NCBI GenBank assembly: GCA_951406725.2
Contig: OX597823.1
Span: 27,962,001-28,026,000 of the forward strand
Origin: Octopus vulgaris
Lineage: Eukaryota
Direction of reading: 5' to 3'
Length of the DNA: 64,000 nucleotides
Shown: positions 44,072 to 57,131 of the stretch, in pieces
Position numbering within the stretch: the first letter of the stretch is position 1
How the letters are laid out: each line of letters starts with the position of its first letter
Position numbers and translations under genes: made by a program
The notes under the pieces: model-generated
What the model was told of the DNA's origin: nothing
Databases searched by the model: none
The model's input: only the letters and a program-made list of their open reading frames with translations

Positions 44072-44472
44072 GGCGTAGGAGTGGCTGTGTGGTAAGTAGC
44101 TTGCTTACGAACCACATGGTCCGGGTTCAGTACCACAGCGTGGTACCTTGGGCAAGTGTCTTCTACTATAGCCTCGGGCCGACCAAAGTCTTGTGAGTGG
44201 ATTTGGTAGACGGAAACTGAAAGAAGCCCGTCATATATATGCATATATATGTGTGTGTGTGTATAAGTTTGTGTGTCTGTGTTTGTCCCTCCAAACATCG
44301 CTTGACAACCGATGCTGGTGTGTTTACGTCCCCGTAACTTAGCAGTTCGGCAAAAGCGAACGACAGATTAAGTACTAGGCTTACAAAGAATAAGTCCTGG
44401 GGTCGATTTGCTCGACTAAAGGTGGTACTCCAGCATGGCCACAGTCAAATGACTGAAATGAGTAAAAGAGTA
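44072..44472 (+). mobile_element. SINE family A, full length; an older copy follows at about 44503-44925
   Basis: GGCGTAGGAGTGGCTGTGTGGTAAG head to AGTAAAAGAG tail. Confidence 0.9.
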
Positions 44473-44665
44473 GAAGATGCTAAAGAATGATTTACAAGCC
44501 TAGGGGCTGGCATGGCCATGATGTTAAGAAGTTTGTTTCGCAACCCCTTGTTTTCAGGTTCGATCCTATTGCTGGGCACCTTGGGCAAGTGTCATTTACT
44601 ATCGCTCTGGGTTTAACAATGCCCTGAATTTAATTTCGTAGATGGAAACTGTGTGAAAGCCTATC

Positions 44666-44729
<64 letters not shown>

Positions 44730-45486
44730 CTTTGTGTTAATTCCCACACTGCTTGCCAACCGGTATTGGTTTGTTTACATCTCCGTTACTTAGCAACTCG
44801 GCGAAAGAGCTGGATAGATTAAATGTTAACCTTAAAAAGAATAATTATTAGAGTCAATTTACCCGACTAAACACTTTTAAGGTGGTGCCCTACCACGACT
44901 GGATTTCAAAGATTAAAACAGGCAAAAAAAAAAAACAAACAAACAAAAAAAAAAGCAGGAAAGGAAAATAACATAAATAGCTCAAAGCCAGACATTTTGA
45001 GGGAGAAGTAGACTTGAGATTAAAACGCTCCTTATTTTTTTTTTTTATTCATCTGGGATGGATAAAAGCCAAATCAGACTCCAGGAAAGGATGAAAGTCG
45101 AACTTACCGTGGACCGAACTCATAATTCATTAAATTTTGAAATGATTTCTCACGTTGAAAGCGCAGAAAGAACGTTCAATATGGGTTCCGTGACCCTTTT
45201 TAATGAGAATGCTGCCAGTATTGTAAAGTTTTAATGTCGGGTTTGAAGGAGAAAAATAAATCCTGCAAGAGAACAGGAAGATAATGCCAAAGAATTGGCA
45301 AATAACGTATCATGTGTCATTAGTCACGTGTCTAGTTATGCACAGGGCTCTGTCAGACGACCTAAAATATACTTTACAATTAAATATCCTCTGAAAATTG
45401 ATCAGATTTTACTTAATTTCACAACACACAAACTGGGAACCGTTGGCATGGAGACTACCTCATTTACTCGTGTGACTCGATTCGTA

Positions 45487-45613
45487 GAAACGGTAAGTGA
45501 CCTTACCGGCATCACCGGCATTACTCCAGCTACCACTGACACTTATTTGACCTCATCAAAAAGAAATGCTAATAGTGGCTGGAGTGATGCCAATGGGGGT
45601 CACTTACCATTTC
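45487..45613. repeat. Imperfect GC-richer hairpin
   Basis: GAAACGGTAAGTGACC:GGTCACTTACCATTTC and GGCATTACTCCAGCTAC:GTGGCTGGAGTGATGCC. Confidence 0.8.
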
Positions 45614-46032
45614 GACATATCGCTCACTGACACGATTTCCTTATATTTCGAGGTAATAACAAAGGAAGCACAGCACAATAAAGGCTACTAAAAAGAGACA
45701 CACAGGCATTTTCTAAATACCGAAAGAAGGGGACACCGTTCAAACCAAAATCCAAGAATAATTAACCCTCTCCAAGAATGAAACTACAGAAATGTCACAT
45801 AAGTACAATATTGGACCTTTGTGATCTCATACTGAAATTTCTTTTATACTGTTAGCATTTTACTTTTTCTGTCACTGGTTCACTGCCGTGCTGGAGCACT
45901 ACATTGTGGTCGAACAAGTAGACCTTAGTTCATTATTCTAAGCCTGGTACTTATTCGTCGATCGCGTTTACCGAACCACTAGTTTATGACCATCGATTAC
46001 CAAATGGTGAGAACATGCACAAAGACCTCCAC

Positions 46033-46071
<39 letters not shown>

Positions 46072-46086
46072 CATACATACATACAT

Positions 46087-46118
<32 letters not shown>

Positions 46119-46172
46119 CATACATACATACATTATATATATATATATATATATACATACATACATACATAC

Positions 46173-46208
<36 letters not shown>

Positions 46209-46381
46209 CATACATACATACATACATACATACATTATATATATATATATAAACAATTGCATCAAACTCCCTCATGCACCAAATGTCAATTCCTTAAAAG
46301 CATTCATGCAGTAAAATTATGTAGAAACACCAAATGGCGGTGCCCCAGCATGGCCACAGCTCATGTGAAACTAGATCAAAT

Positions 46382-46425
<44 letters not shown>

Positions 46426-46603
46426 TATATACATACTTATATGTACATACCTACATATATATTTATAGATACATGCATATATGGGTACAGGACGTCAAAA
46501 AGAAAACGTGAACAAAATGAAAAACGATAATATAAAAAAACGAACTTTTTGGGGACAATGAAAGAAACAAATAGAAAATCGAGACAATTAACATAAAGAA
46601 CAA

Positions 46604-46671
46604 TCCCTTCATCAGTTGTCCCTCTGCTTTATCTACTCCACGTTTCGAAGGTAGGGATAAGATGCGATTTC
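46604..46671 (-). ncRNA. Permuted (type II-like) hammerhead-like motif, copy 2
   Basis: GAAA-U-CGC-AUC / helix I UUAUCCCU:AGGGACAA / CUGAUGA. Lies within repeat 46483-46800, homologous to 8780-9135. Confidence 0.5.
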
Positions 46672-47715
46672 GTTAAAACTCCTTCCCGCAAAGCAAACTA
46701 AATAAAATTTGGGATTTTTGCGGAGGGTTAAAGTGGTTACAAACACAAGACAGTAAGAACAAAACAGTAAAAACAAACGGTGAGGGTTGATAAGCCATAC
46801 CGAGGACCTAGTGGCTAAAGACATCATCAGGACGAACCACGTCCGGTTTCGGCCCCTACTCTTCTACCGTTTTTGACGAGGCGTCCCCTCCTTTCAGAGG
46901 TGTCTTCAGCACTGGTGTTGAGTACATTTCTTCTTCCTCCTTTTTTGATTTTGTTTTTTGGTTTCTTCGATGCAGCGTCAACGAATGTCAGCAGGCGAAT
47001 GACCATCCTACCAAATTTCCCTTTAAATACTCCCCGGTTGGCTCCAGTAGCCAGCACCAGCTAGTTGTCAGGTGACACTGTCTAAACTTCAACTGACCAA
47101 TGGAAGGGAAGGGCGCGTAATTTTAGCCCGCGCCCTCTTTAAACCTGCTTTCCAGCAGTGTCGCGTTTGTTTCTGTTCTACAAATTGAGAGTGTGGAAAA
47201 TATATATAATTATAAAAGGGAGTAAACCACAGAGTGTGGAAGAACCAACCCGCCTAAGAGTTTACTGCATTCAATTGATGTTAGTGAAGCTACGTGGCTT
47301 CAGGATTAGGCTGTTCCAATCACGTTCGTAAGGTTGACGAGTCCAATTTCGAGACCAGAGTAAACTGCCACCAGTTCATTAATTCTGCTTAATGCCAATT
47401 TAATCTACAGTAAATTGACAACCTTATTAATTAGTGATGTTACACATAGAAAATAACTACAAAATTGGACCCCGGTACATAAATCAGATGCAACATGAAA
47501 AGCAAAAAAACCCCAAAAGGTCAGCAGTGAAGACAGTGCTCCAGCTGAGCGATTGCAATAATGAATAAAATAAACGAGAAAGATATAAGGAAATATAAAA
47601 AAAGATAGAAGTATTGATTTTTGTTTTGTTTCGTACTAGTCTGACAGTGCAGAGACTTGGGTTGGGGTTTTGGAATGTTTCTTACAAACGCAAACACAAA
47701 CACAGACAGATACAC

Positions 47716-47804
<89 letters not shown>

Positions 47805-47861
47805 TGTTATTGTTTGTGCAGAATAGCTTTATAACACATTCATTTAATGTATATATATATA

Positions 47862-47946
<85 letters not shown>

Positions 47947-48968
47947 TCATACATATCTATCTATCTATCTATCTATGTAAATACATACATGCATATACAC
48001 ACACACATATATATATATACACACATATACATCTCTCTCTCCCTCCCTCTCCACACATATATGTGTATATGTAAATCTATCTATATATGCACATACACTC
48101 ATACATACACACAAACACGCACACACAAACACACACACGCAGTACAGAGGTATACACATGCACACACACACGCAGTACAGAGGTATACACATGCACACAC
48201 ACACACACCCATAATTCCACTACACTCACGTAATTTTCTCTTTATCTTCCCAATTTTCTTCCGTTCTTTATTCCCGACAGCCTCCTCCACATACAACTCC
48301 ACTTCCAATTACCAAACACCACCACCACCACCACCACCACCACCACCACCACCACCACCACCACCACCACCACCACCACCACCACCACCACCACCACCAC
48401 CACCAACACCACCACCCACTCACTCATTTTATTACAACAATTCCGCCATTACCGCAGTTCAACCATATGTATTTGCAGTATTTCACAACAGTTTGTTATC
48501 CAAGGAGATGGTAAGAATGGAATAGATAAATTAGTTCTTTCTGAAATACTAGCATATGCAATGCAGCTCGGCTACAAGATAGCCATCGGTATTCATCGCT
48601 ATGAACTAAAAAGAAAACATAATCAATATATTGATAACGGTTGCTGCAATACTGTGGTTTTAATACAAACTTTAACACCAGAATCTCACTTCAAATGAAT
48701 TGTAGGGAGTTACACATGAAGAACGAACATGGCAATATTTCATTACCAATAAACAACTAGAAAAATAAATAAATAAATAAATAGGTGCAGGCGTGGGAGT
48801 GTGGTCAAGAAGCGTGCTTCCCCTTATCATGTGGTCTTTGGTTCGTTTCACTGTGCAGCACCCTCTGTTTTATAGCTCCGGGCCGACCAAAGCTTTATAA
48901 GTGGATTGAATAGAAGAAAACTGCAAAAAGTCCAATGCACACGCACACACACACACACACACACACAT

Positions 48969-49255
48969 AGTGGGTTAGAAAAACAGAGAGATCTAATGAA
49001 TACAAATTAATTTATCAATTAATCAACATATTCAGCAACAATTGTTTCATTGAAACAATCGTTGGTTAACATGTTGATAAATTAATTTGTATCCCTTAAA
49101 TCTCTCTGTTTTCTAACTCAATAAAAATGTTTGATATCTTAATATATTGTATATAAGATATTCACTGAAGGATTTTCTCTTCAAAATTTAATGTATTGAA
49201 CCAGTGTATCTTTGATAAATATCCCTATAAGAGGTTTGAATATCTTCATTGGAAC
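48969..49255. repeat. Fold-back insert between (CA)n and (TA)n centred on a half-hammerhead
   Basis: Arms about 48973-49049 and 49051-49120. Centre AACAATTGTTTCA-T-TGAAACAATCGTT. Confidence 0.8.
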
Positions 49256-49260
49256 TATAT

Positions 49261-49331
<71 letters not shown>

Positions 49332-49733
49332 ATTAATAAGAAGAATGACCACTAAAGTGGATTCCTAATATGCTTAAGATAGACGTCAAATTGCCTTACC
49401 ACGAATCATGTGCTCTCAAGAAAATTCTCAGCAAAAGCGTCAGAAAGTAAAAATGAGCAAGACCAATGAAAATATACCAAATAAAACGATTCCCTAAGTA
49501 TTTTGCATAATGCTAACGCATGATGCAAATATCTGCAACTCTTCAGCGTAGCCTATCGCGTTACAAACATATTTCATAGAACTATAGAGAGAAACGTTCA
49601 CCCGAAAGAAAACGCGAGTACAGTTCTGCAAATTATACTTGGGGGTATCTTTCAGATGTCTTCATTTTGGCGCGCTGATGCCGGAAATAAACCTGCAGAT
49701 AATAAATTACCGTAGCTATACCCTCATTACTTA

Positions 49734-49810
<77 letters not shown>

Positions 49811-49900
49811 AGAGTTTACGAAAAAAAAAACAAAAGACGAAGACAGGTGGTGTACAAAACAAACAGATGTATTAGTATAACGCTCAGGAATAGAAAAAGT

Positions 49901-49936
49901 CTTTTACGTTTCGAGCCTACGCTCTTCTACAGAAAG
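49901..49936 (-). ncRNA. Minimal hammerhead-like motif, A6U variant, in insert 49808-50026 within (TA)n
   Basis: CUUU-CUGUAGA-A-GAGC-GUAG-GCUC-GAAAC-GUA-AAAG. Confidence 0.6.
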
Positions 49937-50026
49937 GGACACAGAAAAAACAAGGAGAGAAAAAAAGGAGAAAAAAAAACAAGGAGAGAAAAAAATGTGT
50001 GTAGTGGCTAACGATCTATCATGGCG

Positions 50027-50058
<32 letters not shown>

Positions 50059-50254
50059 AAGAAAAGAAGAAATAGAGTCAAAGGGAAGAGGGTAATTCTA
50101 AGGGTGAAAGAGCTCTATTTTGTACTCTAGTACGTTCTTAACGGAATATACCTCAACTATATATATGTATAGTAGTGTTCAATACCGGCCGAGGTCAAAT
50201 TTGCTTGTCATATTGCTAAATCAACATTAGTGTAACTGATGGAAATGATGCTCA

Positions 50255-50380
50255 TGACGATGATGAAGATGATAATGATGATGATGGCAATGATATTGAT
50301 AGTAGTGGAGGTAGTTATGACGTCATTGTTGATGGAAACTATTGCGATAATGGTAAGCTAGTGAAGATGAAGATGATGAC

Positions 50381-50420
<40 letters not shown>

Positions 50421-50451
50421 GTGCTGGTGATGTTGATGATGATGCTGACGG

Positions 50452-50485
<34 letters not shown>

Positions 50486-50692
50486 GATGATTATGATGAA
50501 GGTGATTATGATGATGGTGAAGATGTTGATGATGATGATAATGATGGTGATGTCGATGATGATGATGATAATGATGATGATGATGATGATGATATTGATG
50601 ATGATGATGATGATGATGATGAAGATGGTGATGATGACGATGATGATGATGATGCTGATGATGCTGATGTTGATGATGATGATGATGATTGA
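50255..50692. repeat. Interrupted (GAT)n, about 440 bp
   Basis: Direct reading. The poly-His, poly-Met and poly-Ser ORFs are by-products. Confidence 0.95.
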
Positions 50693-50980
50693 TAGTAGTG
50701 AATAAACTGACAAAGTACCAGTAAACTACGGAGGCCGTTATCATCCTTTCCTGATGTGTCTGGCCGTGTGTCCCAGCATATAAGCCGACGCTTCACTGCC
50801 TTTGAAGGGAGGCTGAATTAACTAAATAATGCCTGAAATTTATGTTGGTGCCTAACCGTCCTTGCAGCTGCTCAGCAACAAAAAAATATGCATGCCTAGA
50901 TTTAAGATACATGCGGACACACCCACACATATACATATCTAAATACATACATACACCCATATATACGTGTGTGTGTATCT

Positions 50981-51014
<34 letters not shown>

Positions 51015-51015
51015 C

Positions 51016-51052
<37 letters not shown>

Positions 51053-51142
51053 CAGTGACGTCAAGTAAGTCCGTATGAAAAGCACATGCATTAGAAAAGT
51101 TTTAGTGGTTTAGTAAATTTGAGGAGGTACATCAAAGAATGG

Positions 51143-51808
51143 TGGAGGCGCAATGGCCCCGTGGTTAGGGCAGCGGACTCGCGGTCGTAGGATCGAGGCG
51201 TTGTGAGTGTTATCGAGCGAAAACACATAAAAAAAGCTCTACGAGGCTCTGGCAAGAGTTGGTGGCGATCCCTGCTGTGCTCTTTCGCCACAACTTTCTC
51301 TCACTCTTTCTTCTGTTGGCCTGCTCGCTTAGCCAGCGGGGTGGCGTCATTTGAAGGCTAAAACAATGCAAAGCGCATTGTGACCAGCGATGTGTAGCAA
51401 CATCTGATAGCCTGGCCGGTCACGGTGATCACGGTGACACCAAAGGATGAGGAAAGAAGCGAAATCGGCTTATACACGCACACACATATGTGAAGGCGCT
51501 TGTCTTAGTGGTTAGGGTGTTTGGCATGCGATCGTAGGGTCGTGAGTTCGATTCCCGGCGGCGCGTTGTGTCGTTGAGCATGACACTCTAATTCACATTG
51601 CTCCAGTCCACGCAGTTAGCCAAAATGTGCAGTACCTGCATCTCAAAGGGCCGGCCTCAACACATTCTTTGTGACGCTAAATCTCGCTGAAAAGTAAGTG
51701 AAGGGGTAAGTGTGTCTGTGGAGTGCTCAGCCACTTGCACGTTAATCTCACAAGCAAGCTGTTCCGTTCATCGGACTAACTGGAACCCTCGTCGTAAGCG
51801 ACGGAGTA

Positions 51809-51811
<3 letters not shown>
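51143..51811 (+). mobile_element. Two SINE family B-related chimeric copies
   Basis: 51143-51435 has a B head with a different tail. 51492-51811 has a D-like central domain with the B tail GGAACCCTCGTCGTAAGCGACGGAGT. Confidence 0.75.
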
Positions 51812-51843
<32 letters not shown>

Positions 51844-51848
<5 letters not shown>

Positions 51849-52149
51849 ATTGCAGTGTGGAAGGTGTTTATAAGCCATTTAAGAAACACACAAAACCGTT
51901 AGATTCACTTCAACATTTAAATTTAATTTGTCAAAATTCGTGCTGCACGATGTAGCACAAAGCTTTGTCAGTGAACAGGTCGCGGTCTCAAAGCGACGAA
52001 AATATTTTGACAAATTAAATTTAAATGTTGAAGTGAATCTAACGGTTTTGTGTGTTTCTTAAATGTCTTATAAACACCTTGCATGCTGCAATTATTTTTG
52101 TTCCAGCACGATCTCAGATCAAGTCACTCGCTATGCAAGTACATCTCCG

Positions 52150-52151
<2 letters not shown>
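51844..52151. mobile_element. Fold-back insert in (TA)n (about 90-bp arms) containing a variant hammerhead
   Basis: 51848-51937 is the reverse complement of 52004-52093. Unique tail to 52151. Confidence 0.8.
51964..52014 (+). ncRNA. Type I hammerhead with G3:C8 core swap
   Basis: UUUGUCA-GUGAACA-G-GUCGC-GGUCUCAAA-GCGAC-GAAA-AUA-UUU-UGACAAA. Confidence 0.7.
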
Positions 52152-52213
<62 letters not shown>

Positions 52214-52939
52214 GCATACACATGACTTCGTTTATTGGTTGTTTCATTCTGCTGCAAGGGAGAAAATCGTACTGCTAGGAGTTTATTTTGCTTTTTTTTT
52301 AAACCTTTAATATGTTAATTTTAAATGCAATGCATTGAAGAATATTATATAATCTTCAAACACTCATTTAATTAAATTCACGGTTTTCGTTTCAACTATA
52401 AACTCCTTAGTATTCATGTATAGAAGCCGCTATTTCGCTTAAGTGAATCTCTTCTGTACGAAATATATAAGGATTTCTAAATTACATTGCACCTTTCACA
52501 TTACACAAGCAGAAAACATTTAAGAAAGTAAAAAAGGGGGAAAAGATATTTGATGGGAACATTTCACTAGGAGTAAATTATTTTGCTCGTGGTTCATTAC
52601 TTGTATAGAAATAGAAGTTAACTTAATTTCAAATTTACGCTCAGAAGGAGATATTGGCTGGAGCTGAACCAATTAATTTGCTCCCTGTGAAAATAAACTA
52701 TTTCAGTTTCTGAAGCAATCATAGCTGCAGTTATTTAGTGAGCAGTATTTCAGATGCGCTGTTATAAGGAGAATGTGTTTTATTCTAGTTGTTTAAAGTG
52801 ATATATCTAGTGCACGTGCACCTACTGCGTACAGGCCTGGATGGCAAGTTAAGTATGTATGCATATTATAACACACACAGATACACGTCCGCGTACACGC
52901 ACACACACACACACACACACGCGTACACATACACAGGCA

Positions 52940-53333
52940 TTCTTTTATTCTTTTCTTTTATCTATTTCAGTCATTCGAGTGCGATCATGCAAATCGACCC
53001 CGGGACTTATTCTTTGTAAGCCTACTACTTATTCGATCGGTCGCTTTTGCCGAATCGCTAGGTGATGGGAACGTAAACACACCAACATCGGTTGTCAAGC
53101 GATGGCGGAGGGACAAACACTCACACACAAACATACACACACACACAAACATACACACACACACACATATACGACGGGCTTCTTTCAGTTTCTGTCTATC
53201 AAATCAACTCACAAGGTTTTGGTCGGCCCGAGGCTATAGTAAAAGAGATTTACCCAAGGTGCCAAGCAGTGGAACTGAATCCGAGACCATGTGATTGGTA
53301 AGCAAGCTAATTACCACACAGCCACTCCTGCAT
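52940..53333 (-). mobile_element. SINE family A
   Basis: Colinear with 13853-14264. Confidence 0.85.
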
Positions 53334-53979
53334 CTATAATTATTATATTATATATATAAACATATAAACATATATAATACATATATTATATACGTGTTGG
53401 TTGTTTGTGACTGTACGCTGCTGCATAGGCACCGCAAGCAAACGAGGGCATGGCATTTATTTCTAAGTCATACTCGCTTGCTACGGATTGTATATATGCA
53501 TTTATACTTTCGTGTATACGCTTGCATACAATGTATTTTATAAATACCCCTTAAGTATATGCATATCATATTACATATATCGGATGTTTTCTGTTTGGCT
53601 TTCACTTTCAAGTTCCTTTAATAATTTTGTTCGAATTCATTTCAAATTTGGTGTATTGATGTATACTAATTATGGAAATCGAATTCATTTTTGCCGTAAG
53701 TTAATACATAAAAAGTTAATAGCTTTTAAAGTTTGCAAATTTTGGGTAATTTTAGCTAAGCGTAAGCCGAAGACACATCGGTGCCTATTTAACGAGCCGA
53801 ACTGCTACCTGTTTAAAGTTACCGTACCTATATACAAAATTTGCATTTTGAATTTTCGCTGCAAAAATGTATTATTCTTTCAAATTTGGTATATCGATGT
53901 TATTTTTCACGTAGAATCTGATTTTGTTATTCAGTTGTCCGAAAAAAACTTTAGAAGACTGCTGACTAAAAGAATGTTA

Positions 53980-54325
<346 letters not shown>

Positions 54326-54343
54326 ATATTATCCAAACATATG

Positions 54344-54381
<38 letters not shown>

Positions 54382-54717
54382 AATACATACATACATATAT
54401 ATATACATATATATAATTATACATATATATAATTATACACATATATATATATATATATATACATATATATTTATAATTATATATATATATACATACATAT
54501 TTATAATTATATATATATATATACATATATATTTTTAATTATATATGTATATATATACATATATATTTATAATTATATATATATATATATATATACATAT
54601 ATATTTATAATTATATATATATATATATATAAATAATTAAGATTTAGCAGAAATAACAGCGTGGCCCAAGGTCCGAGGTTCGTGCATTTGTACTACCTAC
54701 CTACCTACCTACATAAT

Positions 54718-54759
<42 letters not shown>

Positions 54760-55245
54760 GTATATAAGTAAATGTTCAAGTGTTGGGTATGATGTCCTTT
54801 GATTTATTTTAATCCTTCAGTTATTTAAAGCTTTTCCGGGGGTCCTGCAATCGCCTACATTATTGATTCTCATAGTAATAGAGTCAATGATATCTTCGCA
54901 AATATTTTCTCATTATTTGTTTGCTCTGTATTAAAATTATTTTCACACTGATGGCTGCCATGATTTGGTGCAAAATGAATCAGATGCCACGCAGATTTCA
55001 ACATGATGGGTTGGAGCTCTCCATCATAGTAACGCGTGCTGAGGTAGGAGAGGCTGTAATGCCAGTCCAGAAACCGGTCCTCATGAGTCCTAATACTTGA
55101 ATGTATGCTGAGAGATTGTCCTAAACCGTTTGCCTTCGGACGGTTGATTTCTGTAGTTATTATCAGTGTCTTTTGGCGATTTAAATGAGAGTTTTGACTG
55201 TTATTTCCAACAGGTAGACATACCTAGTATGTCCTTTGACTAATT

Positions 55246-55306
<61 letters not shown>

Positions 55307-55307
55307 G

Positions 55308-55357
55308 CAAAAACTGTCTGATGAACGGCAACGAGAAACTCAGAGTAACAGATTTTG
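55308..55357 (+). ncRNA. Type I hammerhead ribozyme at the 5' edge of a 149-bp insert (55307-55455) in (TA)n
   Basis: CAAAA-A-CUGU-CUGAUGA-A-CG-GCAA-CG-A-GAAA-CUC-A-GAG-UA-ACAG-A-UUUUG. Confidence 0.85.
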
Positions 55358-55453
55358 TTGAATTTTCTGCTGCTTAAAATAAAGCATATTACTCTACTAC
55401 TGGTATTTGAGTACTCTTTTTTCCACCTTGTTTCACATTTATGTGTTTACTCC

Positions 55454-55498
<45 letters not shown>

Positions 55499-55529
55499 GT
55501 ATGTATGTATACATGTATATATACACATA

Positions 55530-55576
<47 letters not shown>

Positions 55577-55868
55577 AGTGTAGAAAAACAGTATTGGTTT
55601 TGTATCGAGGTGGTCACTTAATAGCACCTTCCTTTGTTTGAGGAGTAAACTAAGGAGCTCGTTATAACAGTCACGAGCGGACCACTGTACAGTGGACGTT
55701 AACCCTTAAATGCATGGATATTGGAAGAACACAAGAGAAAGGTGAACCAAAATGTAACGCGGTTGCCATGATATCAAAATTGGTGGAGTATCTGGAGTAC
55801 CCTTCAGGCATAAGAATATTGACGACTAGCAAGCGTTTGGGAGCCATACTGTGTGTATACCCTTAGAT

Positions 55869-56258
55869 GTGAAGGCGCAATGGCCCAGTGGTTAGGGCAG
55901 CGGACTCGCGGTCGTAGGATCGCGGTTTCGATTCCCAGACCGGGCGTTGTGAGTGTTTATTGAGCGAAAACACCTAAAGCTTCACAAGGCACCGGCAGGG
56001 ATGGTGGTGATCCCTGCTGTACTCTTTCACCACAACTTTCTCTCACTCTTACTTCCTGTTTCTGTTGTACCTGTATTTCAAGGGGCCGGCCTTGTCACTC
56101 TCTGTGTCACGCTGAATATCCCCGAGAACTACGTTAAGGGTACACGTGTCTGTGGAGTGCTCAGCCACTTACATGTTAATTTCACGAGCAGGCTGTTCCG
56201 TTGATCGGATCAATCGGAACCCTCGTCGTCGTTACCGACGGAGTGCTTCCTTCCTTCC
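55869..56258 (+). mobile_element. SINE family B, full length with 11-bp TSD
   Basis: TSD TACCCTTAGAT at 55858-55868 and 56259-56269. (TTCC)3 tail. Confidence 0.93.
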
Positions 56259-56599
56259 TACCCTTAGATAACTATGAATAGAATTAGAAACTATCAGGAA
56301 AATTACAGAAAAATTTGGGTGTCCTGAAGCTGATCCACAGATTAATTACTGAAGAAAAGAGACAAAGTTCTTAGTAGGATAAGGGAAAAATGATTGTGAG
56401 GACTAGCATTAATGGGTTAGGATTACAATGGTTCTGCTCCGAAAACTAGGGAATGTTTCTTACGTGTATAAACTTAGAAAAGTAGAACAAGCCATCAACT
56501 AGAAAAATTTGACAGGAGACAGAAAACATGATTACTGCTTTCGAGGAAATATCTGCAATTAAATAAAGAGATGATGGTAAAATTGTTAGACAAGAATCA

Positions 56600-57060
56600 T
56601 GCAGTGTTGTATACTGATGGAATATTGTACCAAAAATAAATAAATAAACAACTAACTGAATAAAAAAACAAGTAGAAATAATAATGAAAAACGCTAAAGT
56701 AATTTACTAGTTGGACGCCGAGTGGTTTCGGATAGAGTAATAATGAGGAAACTACATGTAAAAACCTTTCGATAACAAAATTAAAGAGGTATACATTCGT
56801 ATATATATAAGTCACAAGGATAAGCAGATAGAAGAATTCTACCAGCAAATTCAAAATGTAATTAAATACACCAAAACTAGAGAAACAATTATAACGGCAG
56901 ATTTTAATGGAAGATTCGGCAGAAAGAGAAACTGACAGTACAACAAATCAATATAAATGAGGTGAAAGAAAAGAGCTGACTGACTGATTCATTTTTATCT
57001 GAGAAACAATTAATAACCGGCATCACCCGACTCCAGCAACAAACATGAAAGTTATATACG
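56600..57060 (+). pseudogene. Decayed APE endonuclease of an RTE-like LINE
   Basis: IEEFYQQIQNVIKYTKTRETIITADFNGRFG (GDFN-type motif). Confidence 0.6.
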
Positions 57061-57131
57061 TAGAAGAGCTCAGGAATAAGATAAGCTATATATTAGTAAA
57101 TAATATAGAGCAATATATTGCTGTGTATGAT

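Noticed and set aside
45108-45262. Minus-strand candidate exon with TTCTCTTGCAG acceptor and GTAAGT donor
   Set aside because: Stops in all three frames, and the donor lies in a decayed SINE C. A non-coding exon cannot be excluded without RNA data.
55869-55945. tRNA genes at SINE heads
   Set aside because: Box A and box B are present, but I found no acceptor stem and the heads continue into SINE bodies with TSDs.
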